Shown in pieces: positions 1-12,368 of a stretch of DNA of 64,000 nt. The notes under the pieces are model-generated. The model was not told where the DNA came from and searched no databases. It saw only the letters and a program-made list of their open reading frames with translations. The stretch is taken from assembly GCF_902713615.1 (NCBI RefSeq), contig NC_052172.1:434001-498000 (forward strand), given 5' to 3'. Each line of letters begins with the position of its first letter. Position 1 is the stretch's first letter. Position numbers and translations under genes: made by a program. The DNA is from Scyliorhinus canicula. Taxonomy: Eukaryota.

Positions 1-2963
1 ACATAGAACGATACAGCGCAGTACAGGCCCTTCGGCCCTCGATGTTGCACCGACATGGAAAAAAAAACTAAAGGCCATCTAACCTACACTATGCCCTTAT
101 CATCCATATGCTTATCCAATAAACTTTTAAATGGCCTCAATGTTGGCGAGTTCACTACTTTTGCAGGTAGGGCATTCCACGGCCTCACCACTCTTTGCGC
201 AAAAAACCCACCTCTGACCTCTGTCCTATATCTATTACCCCTCAATTTAAGGCTATGTCTCCTCGTGCTAGCCACCCCATCCGCGGGAGAAGGCTCTCGC
301 TGTCCACCCTATCTAACCCTCTGATCATTTTGTATGCCTCTATTAAGTCACCTCTTAACCTTCTTCTCTCTAACGAAAACAACCTCAAGTCCATCAGCCT
401 TTCCTCATAAGATTTTCCCTCCATACCAGGCAACATCCTGGTAAATCTCCTCTGCACCCGTTCCAAAGCTTCCACGTCCTTCCTATAATGAGGCGACCAG
501 AACTGTACGCAATACTCCAAATGCGGCCGTACTAGAGTTTTGTACAACTGCAACATGACCTCATGGCTCCGGAACTCAATCCCTCTACCAATAAAGGCCA
601 ACACACCATAGGCCTTCTTCACAACCCTATCAACCTGGGTGGCAACTTTCAGGGATCTATGTACATGGACACCGAGATCCCTCTGCTCAACCACACTACC
701 AAGAATTTTACCATTAGCCAAATATTCCGCATTCCTGTTATTCTTTCCAAAATGAATCACCTCACACTTCTCCACATTAAACTCCATTTGCCACCTCTCA
801 GCCCAGCTCTGCAGCTTATCTATGTCCCTCTGTAACCTGCAACATCCTTCCACACTGTCTACAACTCCACCGACTTTAGTGTCGTCTGCAAATTTACTCA
901 TCCATCCTTCTGCGCCCTCCTCTAGGTCATTTATAAAAATGACAAACAGCAACGGCCCCAGAACAGATCCTTGTGGTACGCCACTCGTAACTGAACTCCA
1001 TTCTGAACATTTCCCATCAACTACCACTCTCTGTCTTCTTTCAACTAGCCAATTTCTGATCCACATCTCTAAATCACCCTTAATCCCCAGCCTCCGTATT
1101 TTCTGCAATAGCCGACCGTGGGGAACCTTATCAAACGCTTTACTGAAATCCATATACACCACATCAACTGCTCTACCCTCGTCTACCTGTTCAGTCACCT
1201 TCTCAAAGAACACGATAAGGTTTGTGAGGCATGACCTACCCTTCACAAAACCATGCTGACTATCCCTAATCATATTATTCCTATCTAGATGATTATAAAT
1301 CGTATCTTTTATAATCCTCTCCAAGACCTTACCCACCACAGACGTTAGGCTCACCGGCCTATAGTTACCGGGGTTATCTCTACTCCCCTTCTTGAACAAA
1401 GGGACCACATTTGCTATCCTCCAGTCCTCTGGCACTATTCCTGTAGCCAATGATGACCTAAAAATCAAAGCCAAAGGCTCAGCAATCTCTTCCCTGGCTT
1501 CCCAGAGAATCCTAGGAAAAATCCCATCTGGCCCCGGGGACTTATCTATTTTCACCTTGTCCAGAATTGCCAACACTTCTTCCCTACGCACCTCAATGCT
1601 ATCTATTCTAATAGCCTGGGTCTCAGCATTCTCCTCCACAATATTATCTTTTTCTTGAGTGAATACTGACGAAAAGTATTCATTTAGTATCTCGCTTATG
1701 TCCTCAGCCTCCAAACACAACTTCCCACCACTGTCCATGACTGGCCCTACTCTTACCCTAGTCATTCTTTTATTCCTGACATACCTATAGAAAGCTTTTG
1801 GGTTTTCCTTGATCCTACCTGCCAAAGACTTCTCATGTCCCCTCCTTGCTCGTCTCAGCTCTCTCTTTAAATCCTTCCTCGCTTCCTTGTAACTATCAAG
1901 CGTCCCAACTGAAACTTCATGCCTCATCTTCACATAGGCCTCCTTCCTCCTCTTAACAAGAGATTCCACTTCTTTGGTAAACCACGGTTCCCTTGCTCGA
2001 CCCCTTCCTCCCTGCCTGACTGGTACGTACTTATCAAGAACTTGCAATAGCTGTTCCTTGAACAAGCTCCACATATCCAGTGTGCCCAACCCTTGCAGCC
2101 TACTTCTCCAACCAACACATCCAAAGTCATGTCTAATGGCATCATAATTGCCCTTCCCCCAGCTATAACTCTTGCCCTGCGGGGTATACTTATCCCTTTC
2201 CATCACTAACGTAAAGGTCACCGAATTGTGGTCACTGTTTCCAAAGTGCTCACCTACCTCCAGATCTAACACCTGGCCTGGTTCATTACCCAAAACCAAA
2301 TCCAATGTGGCCTCGCCTCTTGTTGGCCTGTCAACATATTGTGTCAGGAAACCCTCCTGCACACATTGTACAAAGAACGACCCATCTAATGTACTCGAAC
2401 TATATCTTTTCCAGTCAATATTTGGAAAGTTAAAGTCTCCCATAACAACTACCCTGTTACTTTCGCTCTTTTCCAGAATCATCTTCGCCATCCTTTCCTC
2501 TACATCCCTAGAACTATTAGGTGGCCTATAGAAAACTCCCAACAGGGTGACCTCTCCTTTCCTGTTTCTAACCTCAGCCCATACTACCTCAGAAGAAGAG
2601 TCCCCATCTAGCATCCTTTCCGCCACCGTAATACTGTCCTTGACTAGCAGCGCCACACCTCCCCCTCTTTTGCCCCCTTCTCTGAGCTTACTAAAACACC
2701 TAAACCCCGGAACCTGCAACAACCATTCCTGTCCCTGCTCTATCCATGTCTCTGAAATGGCCACAACGTCGAAGTCCCAGGTACCCACCCATGCTGCCAG
2801 TTCACCTACCTTATTTCGTATACTCCTGGCATTGAAGTAGACACACTTCAAACCACCTACCTGAACACTGGCACCCTCCTGCGAAGTCAAATCTGTGCTC
2901 CTGACCTCTATACTCTCAATCTCCCATACCCCAAAACTACAATCCAGGTTCCCATGCCCCTGC
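1..2963 (-). mobile_element. CR1-clade (HER1-like) LINE, 5'-truncated at the ORF1/ORF2 junction; near-intact ORF2 (APE endonuclease + reverse transcriptase)
   Basis: ORF 242..3001(-) has APE motifs (YFNARS, AISETW, MGDFN, SDHN) and RT motifs (YRPVSLTS, QHGF, YMDFSKAFD, GVPQGSVLGP, KFADD). One frameshift near nt 270; the C-terminus continues in ORF 84..275. 3' tail TTCTATGT at the window start. Confidence 0.95.
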
Positions 2964-4019
2964 TTGTGACAGAAAAGTGCACAATTATTCAATTTTGGCA
3001 CATCAGAATGGATAGGAGTAGAGAAAACTATGTCTTAATGAATCAGAAATTTAAAAAGATGGAATAGTTTACTTTAATGTTTTCAGGAACTCAAATGAGT
3101 AGATAAAACAAAATAAGATACTGAGCTATGAGAGATTGAGGTGAACATATTGACACATGGAGCTACACTGAAAACTGTGATAGATGCACGATATAACACA
3201 ATGTTCCAATTCACTGGAATATACAGTGAAAACAACACTCAAATGGCAGCAGTGGACATTCTCAGTGAAAAGCGGGACAGATATACCACATACTGGCAGC
3301 TTTATGAGTATAAACGTGCTTCCATTAATCTATTTAAAGAAATAGAGATTAATATCTACCCTTTGCAGAAACATAAGGTTGCAGCACAAACCCAGAATCT
3401 ATGTATCATAAACTCTGGGAAACAGAGTACATAGACAGTGACATATACAGACTCGGCTGACTTATGGGAAGTTAGACCTAATACAATTGTAGTTAGAAGA
3501 ACGACAATCAACTTTCTTAAAAGATATAGGTATCAGAGAGGATGTTGCTATGAAAATCCTACTTTCCTGCACTGTACCATCTGTGACAGGTCAAGAAGGA
3601 AAACAGTAATGACATACTGTACTGGAGACTGATACATACAGGATAAATCCGGCACAGAGATATTTGACAAAGAATGAAGACTGCTGATGAAATGTCAAAC
3701 TCACACTCAGTTTCCGTGGCATCCTCACAATGAGCTGTTGTTAGTGTATCGGATCACACCCTAACTTTTGTTAGGGCACCGGACGACAAACTGCAAACAT
3801 TTTTTTCAATTTGTAAAACTGTGAGGAAAGGAAATGTGTCCCCAGGAGTGATGACACTGACCAATATATTAAAACAAACTTTAATTTAAACACAGAATTA
3901 ATCACATTAACATTAAAGCACCAGCTTTACAATTAACAGTCAATCCCATACTCTCACAGATTGTCAGGTAAAGAATCAATTACATATTCACAAAGAAAAA
4001 AAAACATATGATAGAGAGA

Positions 4020-4155
4020 GAGAAATACAGCACAGAACAGCCCCTTTGGCCCAAGATGTTGTGCCGAACTTTTGTCCTCGATTTATCATGGACGTTTGGA
4101 CACCAAGGGCAATTTATCATGGCCAATCCACCCAACCTGCACATCTTTGGACTGA
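4020..4155 (-). mobile_element. Short CR1 3' tail fused to SINE body fragment
   Basis: AAATACAGCACAGAACAG...GTTGTGCCGAAC (CR1 tail) followed by CCAATCCACCCAACCTGCACATCTTTGGACT (SINE core). Confidence 0.7.
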
Positions 4156-4938
4156 TATTGACAGTTATGTGAGAAATTTCACTCCAGTGCACCTGAGGAA
4201 ACAAGAATTTGCAGTATGAGTCACATGGTTGCATTGCTTTCTGAGACAGTCTTACAAAGAATCATATCCATATCGAGATTCCAGAAAATGACAGATCCAG
4301 ACAGGAATGTAGGGGATTATGGATTAGTGCAAAACCCACATTCTGAATCAGAGAATGGTGAATCGAAAACAAAAACCAGAACAATTCATTTGCAGCGAAT
4401 AATAGATGCAGAATGACTTGGATACTGACATTGTGGCCCAGTGGTGAACCGATACTGGATAAACATATTTCATATACAGACCACTATTGGTTTTAGTATA
4501 TATGTTTGAATGTGGGCATTATCAAAAAGTACCTTCCTAATAGCTGTGTTTAAGGTGGCTGTGGACTGCCTTCTTTCACCCTCGTAGCCTGTCTGCCGAA
4601 GCTACATCGATAGAACAAGGGCACTACAAAGAACACACCAACAATAAACATGCAAACACACAAAAACCCCACAGTTGCATCCCAGTAACTGATAGGGTAA
4701 ATAAAACAAACATTCAAAAACAGATGCAGATACTGAGTTATCACAACATCCACATTCCCTGACTGAAATATTCAGAGTAAATTCCACATCCAATTAGCAG
4801 AGTAAAGAACAGGCATCAAGTAAACCTCCATTGTGTTGCAGTAACTGACACATGCAGCACAGAACCAACATTCTGACATTGGGAACAGACAAGTGAAGAT
4901 TAAAACGCATTGTTACATAAAGGAAACTGACAGAGACT

Positions 4939-5282
4939 TAGAATTTACAGTGCCGAAGGCGGCTATTCGGCCCATCGAATCTGCACCGGCTCTTGGAAAG
5001 AGCACCTTACCCAAGGTCAACAACTCCACCCTATCCCCATAACCTAGTAACCCCACCCAACACTAAGGGCAATTTTGGACACTAAGGTCAATTTATCATG
5101 GCCAATCCACCTAACCTGCACATCTTTGGACTGTGGGAGGAAACCGGAGCACCCGGAGGAAACCCACGCACACACGGGGAGGATGTGCAGACTCCGCACA
5201 GACAGTGACCCAAGCCGGAATAGAACCTGGGACCCTGGAGCTGTGAAGCGATTGTGCTATCCACAATGCTACCGTGCTGCCC
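4939..5282 (-). mobile_element. tRNA-derived SINE (HE1/V-SINE-like), full length
   Basis: Head GGGCAGCACGGTAGCA, B-box-like GGTTCTATTCC, core GGGTTTCCTCCGGGTGCTCCGGTTTCCTCCCAC, CR1-type tail. Confidence 0.9.
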
Positions 5283-5699
5283 GTAATACACATTCACTTC
5301 CCGTATTTAACAGGTACAGGAGAAAAACGACTTTCCATCCATGGCAGAACTAACCTGTGGAGAGAAAATAGACAATGAGACAGCTGTACAGCAGAAAATA
5401 CTGATTCACAAACTGGAAACTGTCAGCTCAATATTAAATGAGCAAAACCATCCCATATGAGACTGTAATGGGTTTGCAGTGATCCCATTCACTGTCCACA
5501 AATTACAGATAAAGTGTAAGGTGTTTCCTTCTACATTGAAAATACAGGTAAACCCAAATTCACACATAATAAATTGACAAATTCAAAATGCAGCCAGCAT
5601 TTACTATGGTACGAATATGACAAAAATAGAATAAGATAGTCACCAAATAATGGCACGCAAAATAAAATTGACATGAAGCTAGTAGAAATGAAATTAATC

Positions 5700-8447
5700 C
5701 ATATTCCATTTTCATCCATATGTCTATCCAGTGACCACTTAAATGCCCTTAAAGTTGGCGAGTCTACTACTGTTGCAGGCAGGGCGTTCCACACCCCTAC
5801 TACACTCTGAGTAAAGAAACTGCCTCTAACATCTGTCCTATATCTACCACCCCTCAATTTAAAGCTATGTCCCCTCATGTTGGTCATCACCATCCGAGGA
5901 AAGAGACTCTCACTGTCCACCCTATCTAACCCTCTGACTATCTTACATGTCTCTATTAAGTCACCTCTCAGCCTTCTCCTCTCTAACGAAAACAACCTCA
6001 AGTCCCTGAGCCATTCCTCGTAAGACCTTCCCTCCATACCAGGCAAAACATCCTAGTAAATCTCCTCTGAACCCTTTCCAAAGCTTCCACATCCTTCCTA
6101 TAATGTGGTGACCAGAACTGCACGCAGTACTCCAGGAGCGGCCACACCAGAGTTATGTACAGCTGCAGCATGACCTTGTGGCTCCGAAACTCAATCCCCC
6201 TACTGATAAAGGCTAGCACACCATATGCCTTCTTAACAGCCCTATTAACCTGGGTGGCAACTTTCAGGGATTTATGTACCTGGATGCCGAGATCTCTCTG
6301 TTCATCTACACTACCTAGAATCTTGCCATTAGCCCAGTACTCTGCATTCCTGTTACTCCTTCCAAAGTGAACCAACTCACACTTTTCCGCATTAAACTCC
6401 ATCTGCCACCTCTCAGCCCAGCTCTGCAGCTTATCTATGTCCCTCTGTATCCTATAACATCCTTCAGCACTATCCACAACTCCGCCAACCTTCGTGTCAT
6501 CTGCAAATTTACTAACCCATCCTTCTACACCCTCTTCCAGGTCATTTATAAAAGTGACAAACAGCAGTGGCCCCAAAACAGATCCTTGCGGTACACCACT
6601 AGTAACTGAACTCCAGGATGAACATTTGCCATCAACTAGCACCCTCTGTCTTCTTTCAGCTAGTCAATTACTGATCCAAACCGCTAAATCACCTTCAATC
6701 CCATACTTCCTTATTTTCTGCAATAGCCTACTGTGGGGAACCTTATCAAACGCCTTACTGAAATCCATATACACCACATCAACCACTTTACCCTCATCTA
6801 CCTGTTTGGTCACCTTCTCAAAAAACTCAATAAGGTTTGTGAAGCATGACCTACCCTTCACAAAACCGTGTTGAGTATCGCTAATCAACTTGTTCTTTTC
6901 AAGATGATTATAAACCCTATCTCTTATAACCTTTTCCTACATTTTACCCACAACTGAAGTAAGGCTCACAGGTCTATAATTACCAGGGTTGTCTCTACTC
7001 CCCTTCTTGAATAAGGGGACCTCATTTGCAATCCTCCAGTCTTCCGGCACTATTCCTGTCGACAAAGACGACATAAAGATCAAGGACAAAGGCTCTGCAA
7101 TCTCCTCCCTGGCTTCCCAGAGAATCCTAGGATAAATCCCATCTGGCCCAGGGGACTTATCTATTTTTACATTTTCCAAAATTTCTAACACCTCCTCCTT
7201 GTGAACCTCAATTCCATCTAGTCTGGTCGACTGAACCCGAGTATTCTCCTCGACAACATTGTCTTTCTCCAGTGTAAACACTGATGAAAAATATCCATTT
7301 AACGCTTCCCCTATCTCCTGATTCCACACACAACTTTCCACTACTATCCTTGATTGGCCCTAATCTTACTCTAGTCATTCTTTTGTTCCTGATATACCTA
7401 TAGAAAGTCTTAGGGTTCTCCTTGATCCTATCCGCCAACGACTTTTCGTGACCTCTCCTCGCTCTTCTTAACTCTCCCTTTAGGTCCTTCCTGGCTAACT
7501 TGTAACTCTCAAGTGTCCTAACTGAGCCTTCATGTCTCATCCTAACATAAGCCTTCTTCTTCCTCTTGACAAGTGCTTCAACTTCCTTAGTAAACCACGG
7601 TTCCCTTGCTCGGCAACTTCCTCCCTGCCTGACAGGTACTTACTTATCAAGGACACGCAGTAGCTGTTCCTTGAAAAAGCTCCACATTTTGATTGTACCC
7701 ATCCCCTGCAGTTTTCTTCCCCATCCTATATCTTGCCGAATAGCATCATAATTGCCTTTCCCCCAGCTATAATTCTTGCCTTGTGGTATATAGCTATCCC
7801 TGCCCATTGCTAAAGTAAACATAACCGAATTGTGATCACTATCACCAAAGTGCTCACCTACATCTAAATCTGACACCTGGCCGGGTTCATTACCCAGTAC
7901 CAAATCCAATGTGGCCTTGCCCCTTGTTGGCCTGTCTACATTCTGTGTCAGAAAACCCTCCTGCACACACTGCACAAAAACTGACCCGTCTATAGTACTC
8001 AAACTATAGTATTTCCAGTCAATATTTGGAAAGTTAAAGTCCCCCATAACAACTACCCTGTTACTCTTGCTCCTGTCGAGAATCATCTTTGCAATCCTTT
8101 CCTCTACATCTCTGGAACAATTCAGAGGTCTATAGACAACTCCCAACAGGGTGACCTCTCCTCTCCTGTTCCTAACCTCGGCCCATACTACCTCAGTAGA
8201 CGAGTCCTCAAACGTCCTTTCTACCGCCGTGATACTTCCCTTGATTAACAATGCCACACACCCCCCTCTTTTACCATCTTCTCTGTTCTTACAGAAACAT
8301 CTAAATCCTGGAACCTGCAACAACCATTCCTGTCCCTGCTCTACCCATGTCTCCGAAATCGCCACAATATCGAGATCCCAGGTACCAACCCATGCTGCAA
8401 GCTCACCCACCTTATTCCAGATGCTCCTGGCATTGAAGTAGACACAC
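5700..8447 (-). mobile_element. CR1-clade LINE ORF2, decayed (several frameshifts), truncated at both ends
   Basis: EN and RT motifs spread over ORFs 7640..8410, 7208..7540, 6937..7341, 6664..6888, 5998..6642, 5531..6046. Confidence 0.95.
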
Positions 8448-10044
8448 TAAATATTTGTTTAATCAACAAATATACCAAAACCAATATTAGTCTGTATGTA
8501 AAATATATTTATCCAATATCTGTTCATCACTGTGCCACAATGTCAGTATCCAAGTCATTCTGCATCTGTCATTCACTGCAAGTGAATTTTTCTGGGATTT
8601 GTTTCGCATCACCATTCTCTGCTTCAGAATGTGAGTTTTGGACCAATCTATAATTCCCTACTTTCCTGCCTGTATCTATCATTTGCTGGAATATCGGTAT
8701 GGGTATGATTCTTTGTGTGACTGTCTCTGATAGCAATGCGACCATGGGACTCATCCTGCAAATTATTGCTCCCTCAGATGTACTTGAGTGAAATTTATCA
8801 CGTAACTGTCAATATCATTTTTTTTTCTTTTGGTGAATATGTAATTGATTCTTTACCCGACAGTCTGAAATTGTTTGAGAGTGTAGGATTCACTGTTAAT
8901 TATAAAGCTAATTTTTTGATGTTAACGTGCTTAATTCTGTGTTTAAATTAAAGTTTGTGTCATTATATTGGTCAGTGTCATCACTCTTGGGGTGAAGTTT
9001 CCTTTCCTCACAGGTTTACAAATTGAAAAAAATGTTTGCAGTTTCTCGTCCGGTGTCCTAACAAAAGTTGGGGTGTGGTCCGATACACTAACAACAGCTC
9101 ATTGTGAGGATGCCACGGGAAGTGAGTGTGAGTTTGACATTTCATCAGCAGTCTTCATTCTTTGTCAAATATCTCTGTGCCGGATTTATCCTGTATGTAT
9201 CAGTCTCCGATATGGGATATAAAGACTGTTTTCCTTCAATATCTGTCACAGATGATACTGTAGGAATGTAGGATTTTCACATCAAAGTCCTCTCTGATAC
9301 CTATATCTTTTGAGAAAGTTAATTTTAGTAACTTCTGACTACAATTATAATAGGCCAAACTTTCCATATGTCAGCCAAGTCTTGCGTATGTCACTGTCTA
9401 TTTTACTGTCTCCCAGAGTTTCTCATACATAGATTCTGGGTTTGTCCTGCAACCTTAAGTTTCTACAAAAGGTAGATATTAATCTCTATCTCTTTAGATA
9501 GATGAATGGAAGCATGTTTATATTCATAAAGCTGTCAATATGTGATATATCTGTATAGCTTTGTACTGAGGATGTGCATCACTGCCATGTGAGTGTTGTT
9601 TTCACTCTGTATGTTACAGTGAATTGTAACATTGTGTTGTATCGTGCATCTATCACAGTTTTCAGTGTTGCTCTATGTGTTGGGATGTTCACCTCAATCT
9701 CTCATAGATCAGTAGCTTATTTTGTTTTATCAACTCATTTCAGTTTCTGAAAAAAATTAAAGCAAACTATTCCATCTTTAAAAATTCCTGGTTCATTCAG
9801 TTAGTTTTCTCTACTCCTGTCCATTCTGGCATGAGAAAATTGAATAATTGTGCGCTTTTCTGTCACAAATATATGAATAAATGCTCAGCGGCGGTTGGTT
9901 TCTGAAAAGTAATTGCCATGTTTTAAATTTATTGCAAGTGTGTTTTGATAAACGGATATGGATTTTGATCTGCACCTCCTCTTTTCAGGTATGCGTTGTC
10001 AGCTTCATGTCAATCCTATACATTTGAGCTGAGCAAGGGGAATT

Positions 10045-10175
10045 CATAGAATTCTTACAGTGCAGAAGGAGGCCATTCAGCCCATCGAGTCTGCACTGAC
10101 CCTCTGAAACACCACCCTACCAAGTAATGCTCACACTCGCGATCTCAGCAAACCCACCAAAGCTGCACACCTTTA
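10045..10175 (-). mobile_element. SINE 3' fragment (second copy ~28178-28308)
   Basis: CATAGAATTCTTACAGTGCAGAAGGAGGCCATTCAGCCCATCGAGTCTGCAC tail motif. Confidence 0.75.
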
Positions 10176-11317
10176 AAATCAGATTCTTTGGAGAATCTGG
10201 ACTTTATTGCGCAAGTCACTTTCTAATCTGTGATTATAGATTTTCATCTAGAATTTAGTTTCTGCTGGATGACATGTGAATTTTATTTTGTATGCCTTTT
10301 TATGGTGACTCTATTTTATTATACTCCTGTCATTTCTGGCTGTAGTGAATGGTGGTTTTGGATTTGCCAATCTCTGATATGTGAATTTGGGTTTACCTGT
10401 AATTTCCAATGTGGAAGGAAACACCTTACGCATTGTCTGTATTTTTTCGACAGTGAATGGGATCAGTGCAAACCTATTACAGTCTCATATGGGTTTGTTT
10501 TGCTCATTCAATTTGTAGCTGACAGTTTCCAGGTTGTGAATCAGTATTTTCTTCTGTACCTTTCAGTTATAGCTGTGGAATTGGCTTTTTTTCTCTTAGT
10601 TAACCTGCTATGGATGAAATGTTGTTTTTCTCCTGTACCTTTTAAATTTGGGAATGTGGGTTCAGTCTGTATCTGGCATTTTCCTTTATGCAACAGTGTG
10701 ATTTACTCTCCACTTCTCTGTTCCCAATGTGAGAACATTGTTCCTATGCTGTATGTATGTTACTGCAACACAATGGAGATTTAATTCATACCTGTTCTTT
10801 ATTCTGCTAATTAGATGTGGATTTTACTCTGAATCTTCCAGGCATTAAATGTGGATGTTGTGGTCGCTCAGTATCTACATATGATATGTGAATGTTTTTT
10901 TTTTACCCTGTCTGTGCCTGACTTGTGAAATTCACTTTTACAATGAAGCAAACTGATATTGGGAAGAAGCTGTGGGTTTGAAGTTTGTGTGCATATGTAT
11001 TATAGGTTGGCATGTTCTTGATCCCTTGCACTCTGGGTGTAGCTTTGGCAGACAGGCAATAAGCTGAAAGAATGCAATCCACAGCCACCTTAAACACAGC
11101 AATTAGGAAGGGAGAAAATTGCTGTGTTTTTGACAATGCTCATGTTTAAACAAAAAATATACCAAGTGGTAACTGGTCTGTATGTGAAATGTGGTTACTT
11201 GGTATTTGTCACCACTGGGTCAGTATATGAGTCTGTATGTAAACCTGTAACTGTCCATCTCTGCAAGTTCAGGGATTTGTTCAGTATTCATCATTCTCTG
11301 CTTCAGTGTGTGATTTT

Positions 11318-11420
11318 TAGAACATACAGTGCAGAAGGAGGCCCTTCGGCCCATCAAGTCAGCACCGACCCACTTTAAGCCGTCATTTCCACCCTATCCC
11401 CATAACCCCGTTTGGACTAG
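11318..11420 (-). mobile_element. SINE 3' fragment (second copy ~29451-29553)
   Basis: TAGAACATACAGTGCAGAAGGAGGCCCTTCGGCCCATC tail motif. Confidence 0.7.
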
Positions 11421-12067
11421 ACCATCATCCACTAATTACCTGTCTGTATCTGACATTTGCTGGAATATGGCAGTGGACATAATTCTTTATGAGACTGTGT
11501 CTGATAGGAAGATAACCATTGAATTCATGTTGCAAATTCTAGTTCCTTCAGATGTTTTGAGTGAAATTTCTCATGTATCTGTCTGGCGCTATCATTTTTT
11601 TACATTTTGTGATTATGGAATTGATTCTCTATCTGACAATCTGATGATATGGGTGAGTTTAGGATTCTCTCTGCATCAGTCAGTCTCTGAACTGAATGTG
11701 TGAGAGATCAATTGTGGTTTGTCAATCTCTGTTTGGTGTGTGTGAATGTTGTTATCAATCTGTACCTCCCAGTCTCTGCACTGCTCTGTGAGTGTGTTTC
11801 TATTCTCTGTCAGCCAGAGGTATTGTGTGTGACTGTGGGATACATTCAGTGATCTTCAATCCCTGGCAGTTTGAGAGTGTGGTACTCAATCTGCGTCTCT
11901 CGTACATTACAGTTTAATTATTTTACTGCCATTCACTGGAACTTTGTTTAATGGGCTTAATTCTAGATTTGAAAGTCTGTGGTTTTGGATGTGTGTGTGG
12001 AATATATTCTGTATCTATTCATGCCGGTCAGTGTCAGCTATTTTCTCCATCTGCCATTACTTGTCGC

Positions 12068-12368
12068 AGAATCATAGAATCCCTCCAGTGCAGGCGTAGG
12101 CCATTCAGCCCATCGAGCCAGCACTGACCCTTGGAAAGAGTAACCTACCTGGGCCCAAGCCTCCACCCTATCCCCATAACCCAGTAACTACCTAACTTTT
12201 TTAGACACTGAGGAACAATTTATCCTGACCTATCCACCTAACCTGCACATCTTTGGACTGTGGGAGGAAACCCACAGGGATAAAGTGGAAACACCAGTCA
12301 CCCAAAGCCGGAATTGAACCTCGGTCCCTGGAGCTGTGAAGCAGCAGTTCAAACCACTGTGCCACCCC
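12068..12368 (-). mobile_element. tRNA-derived SINE (HE1-like) with internal deletion (second copy ~30201-30501)
   Basis: Head GGTGGCACAGTGG, B box GGTTCAATTCC, core and CR1-type tail. Confidence 0.85.

Larger units (their letters stand above)
2964..5700 (-). repeat. Inverted paralogous copy of the AT-rich unit found forward at 8455-9870 and 10200-11650
   Basis: 2964-4510 is the diverged reverse complement of ~8455-9870 (e.g. 3625-3790 vs 9045-9210); ~3950-5700 matches ~10200-11650 in reverse. Confidence 0.8.

Noticed and set aside
4939-5282. tRNA-like A/B boxes here and in other SINE heads
   Set aside because: No complete cloverleaf; followed by SINE core and LINE tail, so not tRNA genes.
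9975-9994. Plus-strand CTCCTCTTTTCAG|GTATGC recursive-splice-like motif
   Set aside because: No plus-strand host transcript or partner sites found; overlaps the minus-strand exon candidate.
10230-10784. 184-aa hydrophobic ORF, identical in both copies
   Set aside because: Non-ATG start, T/G-rich composition, identity only reflects the overlap; the inverted paralogue is interrupted by a SINE and shows no matching ORF.
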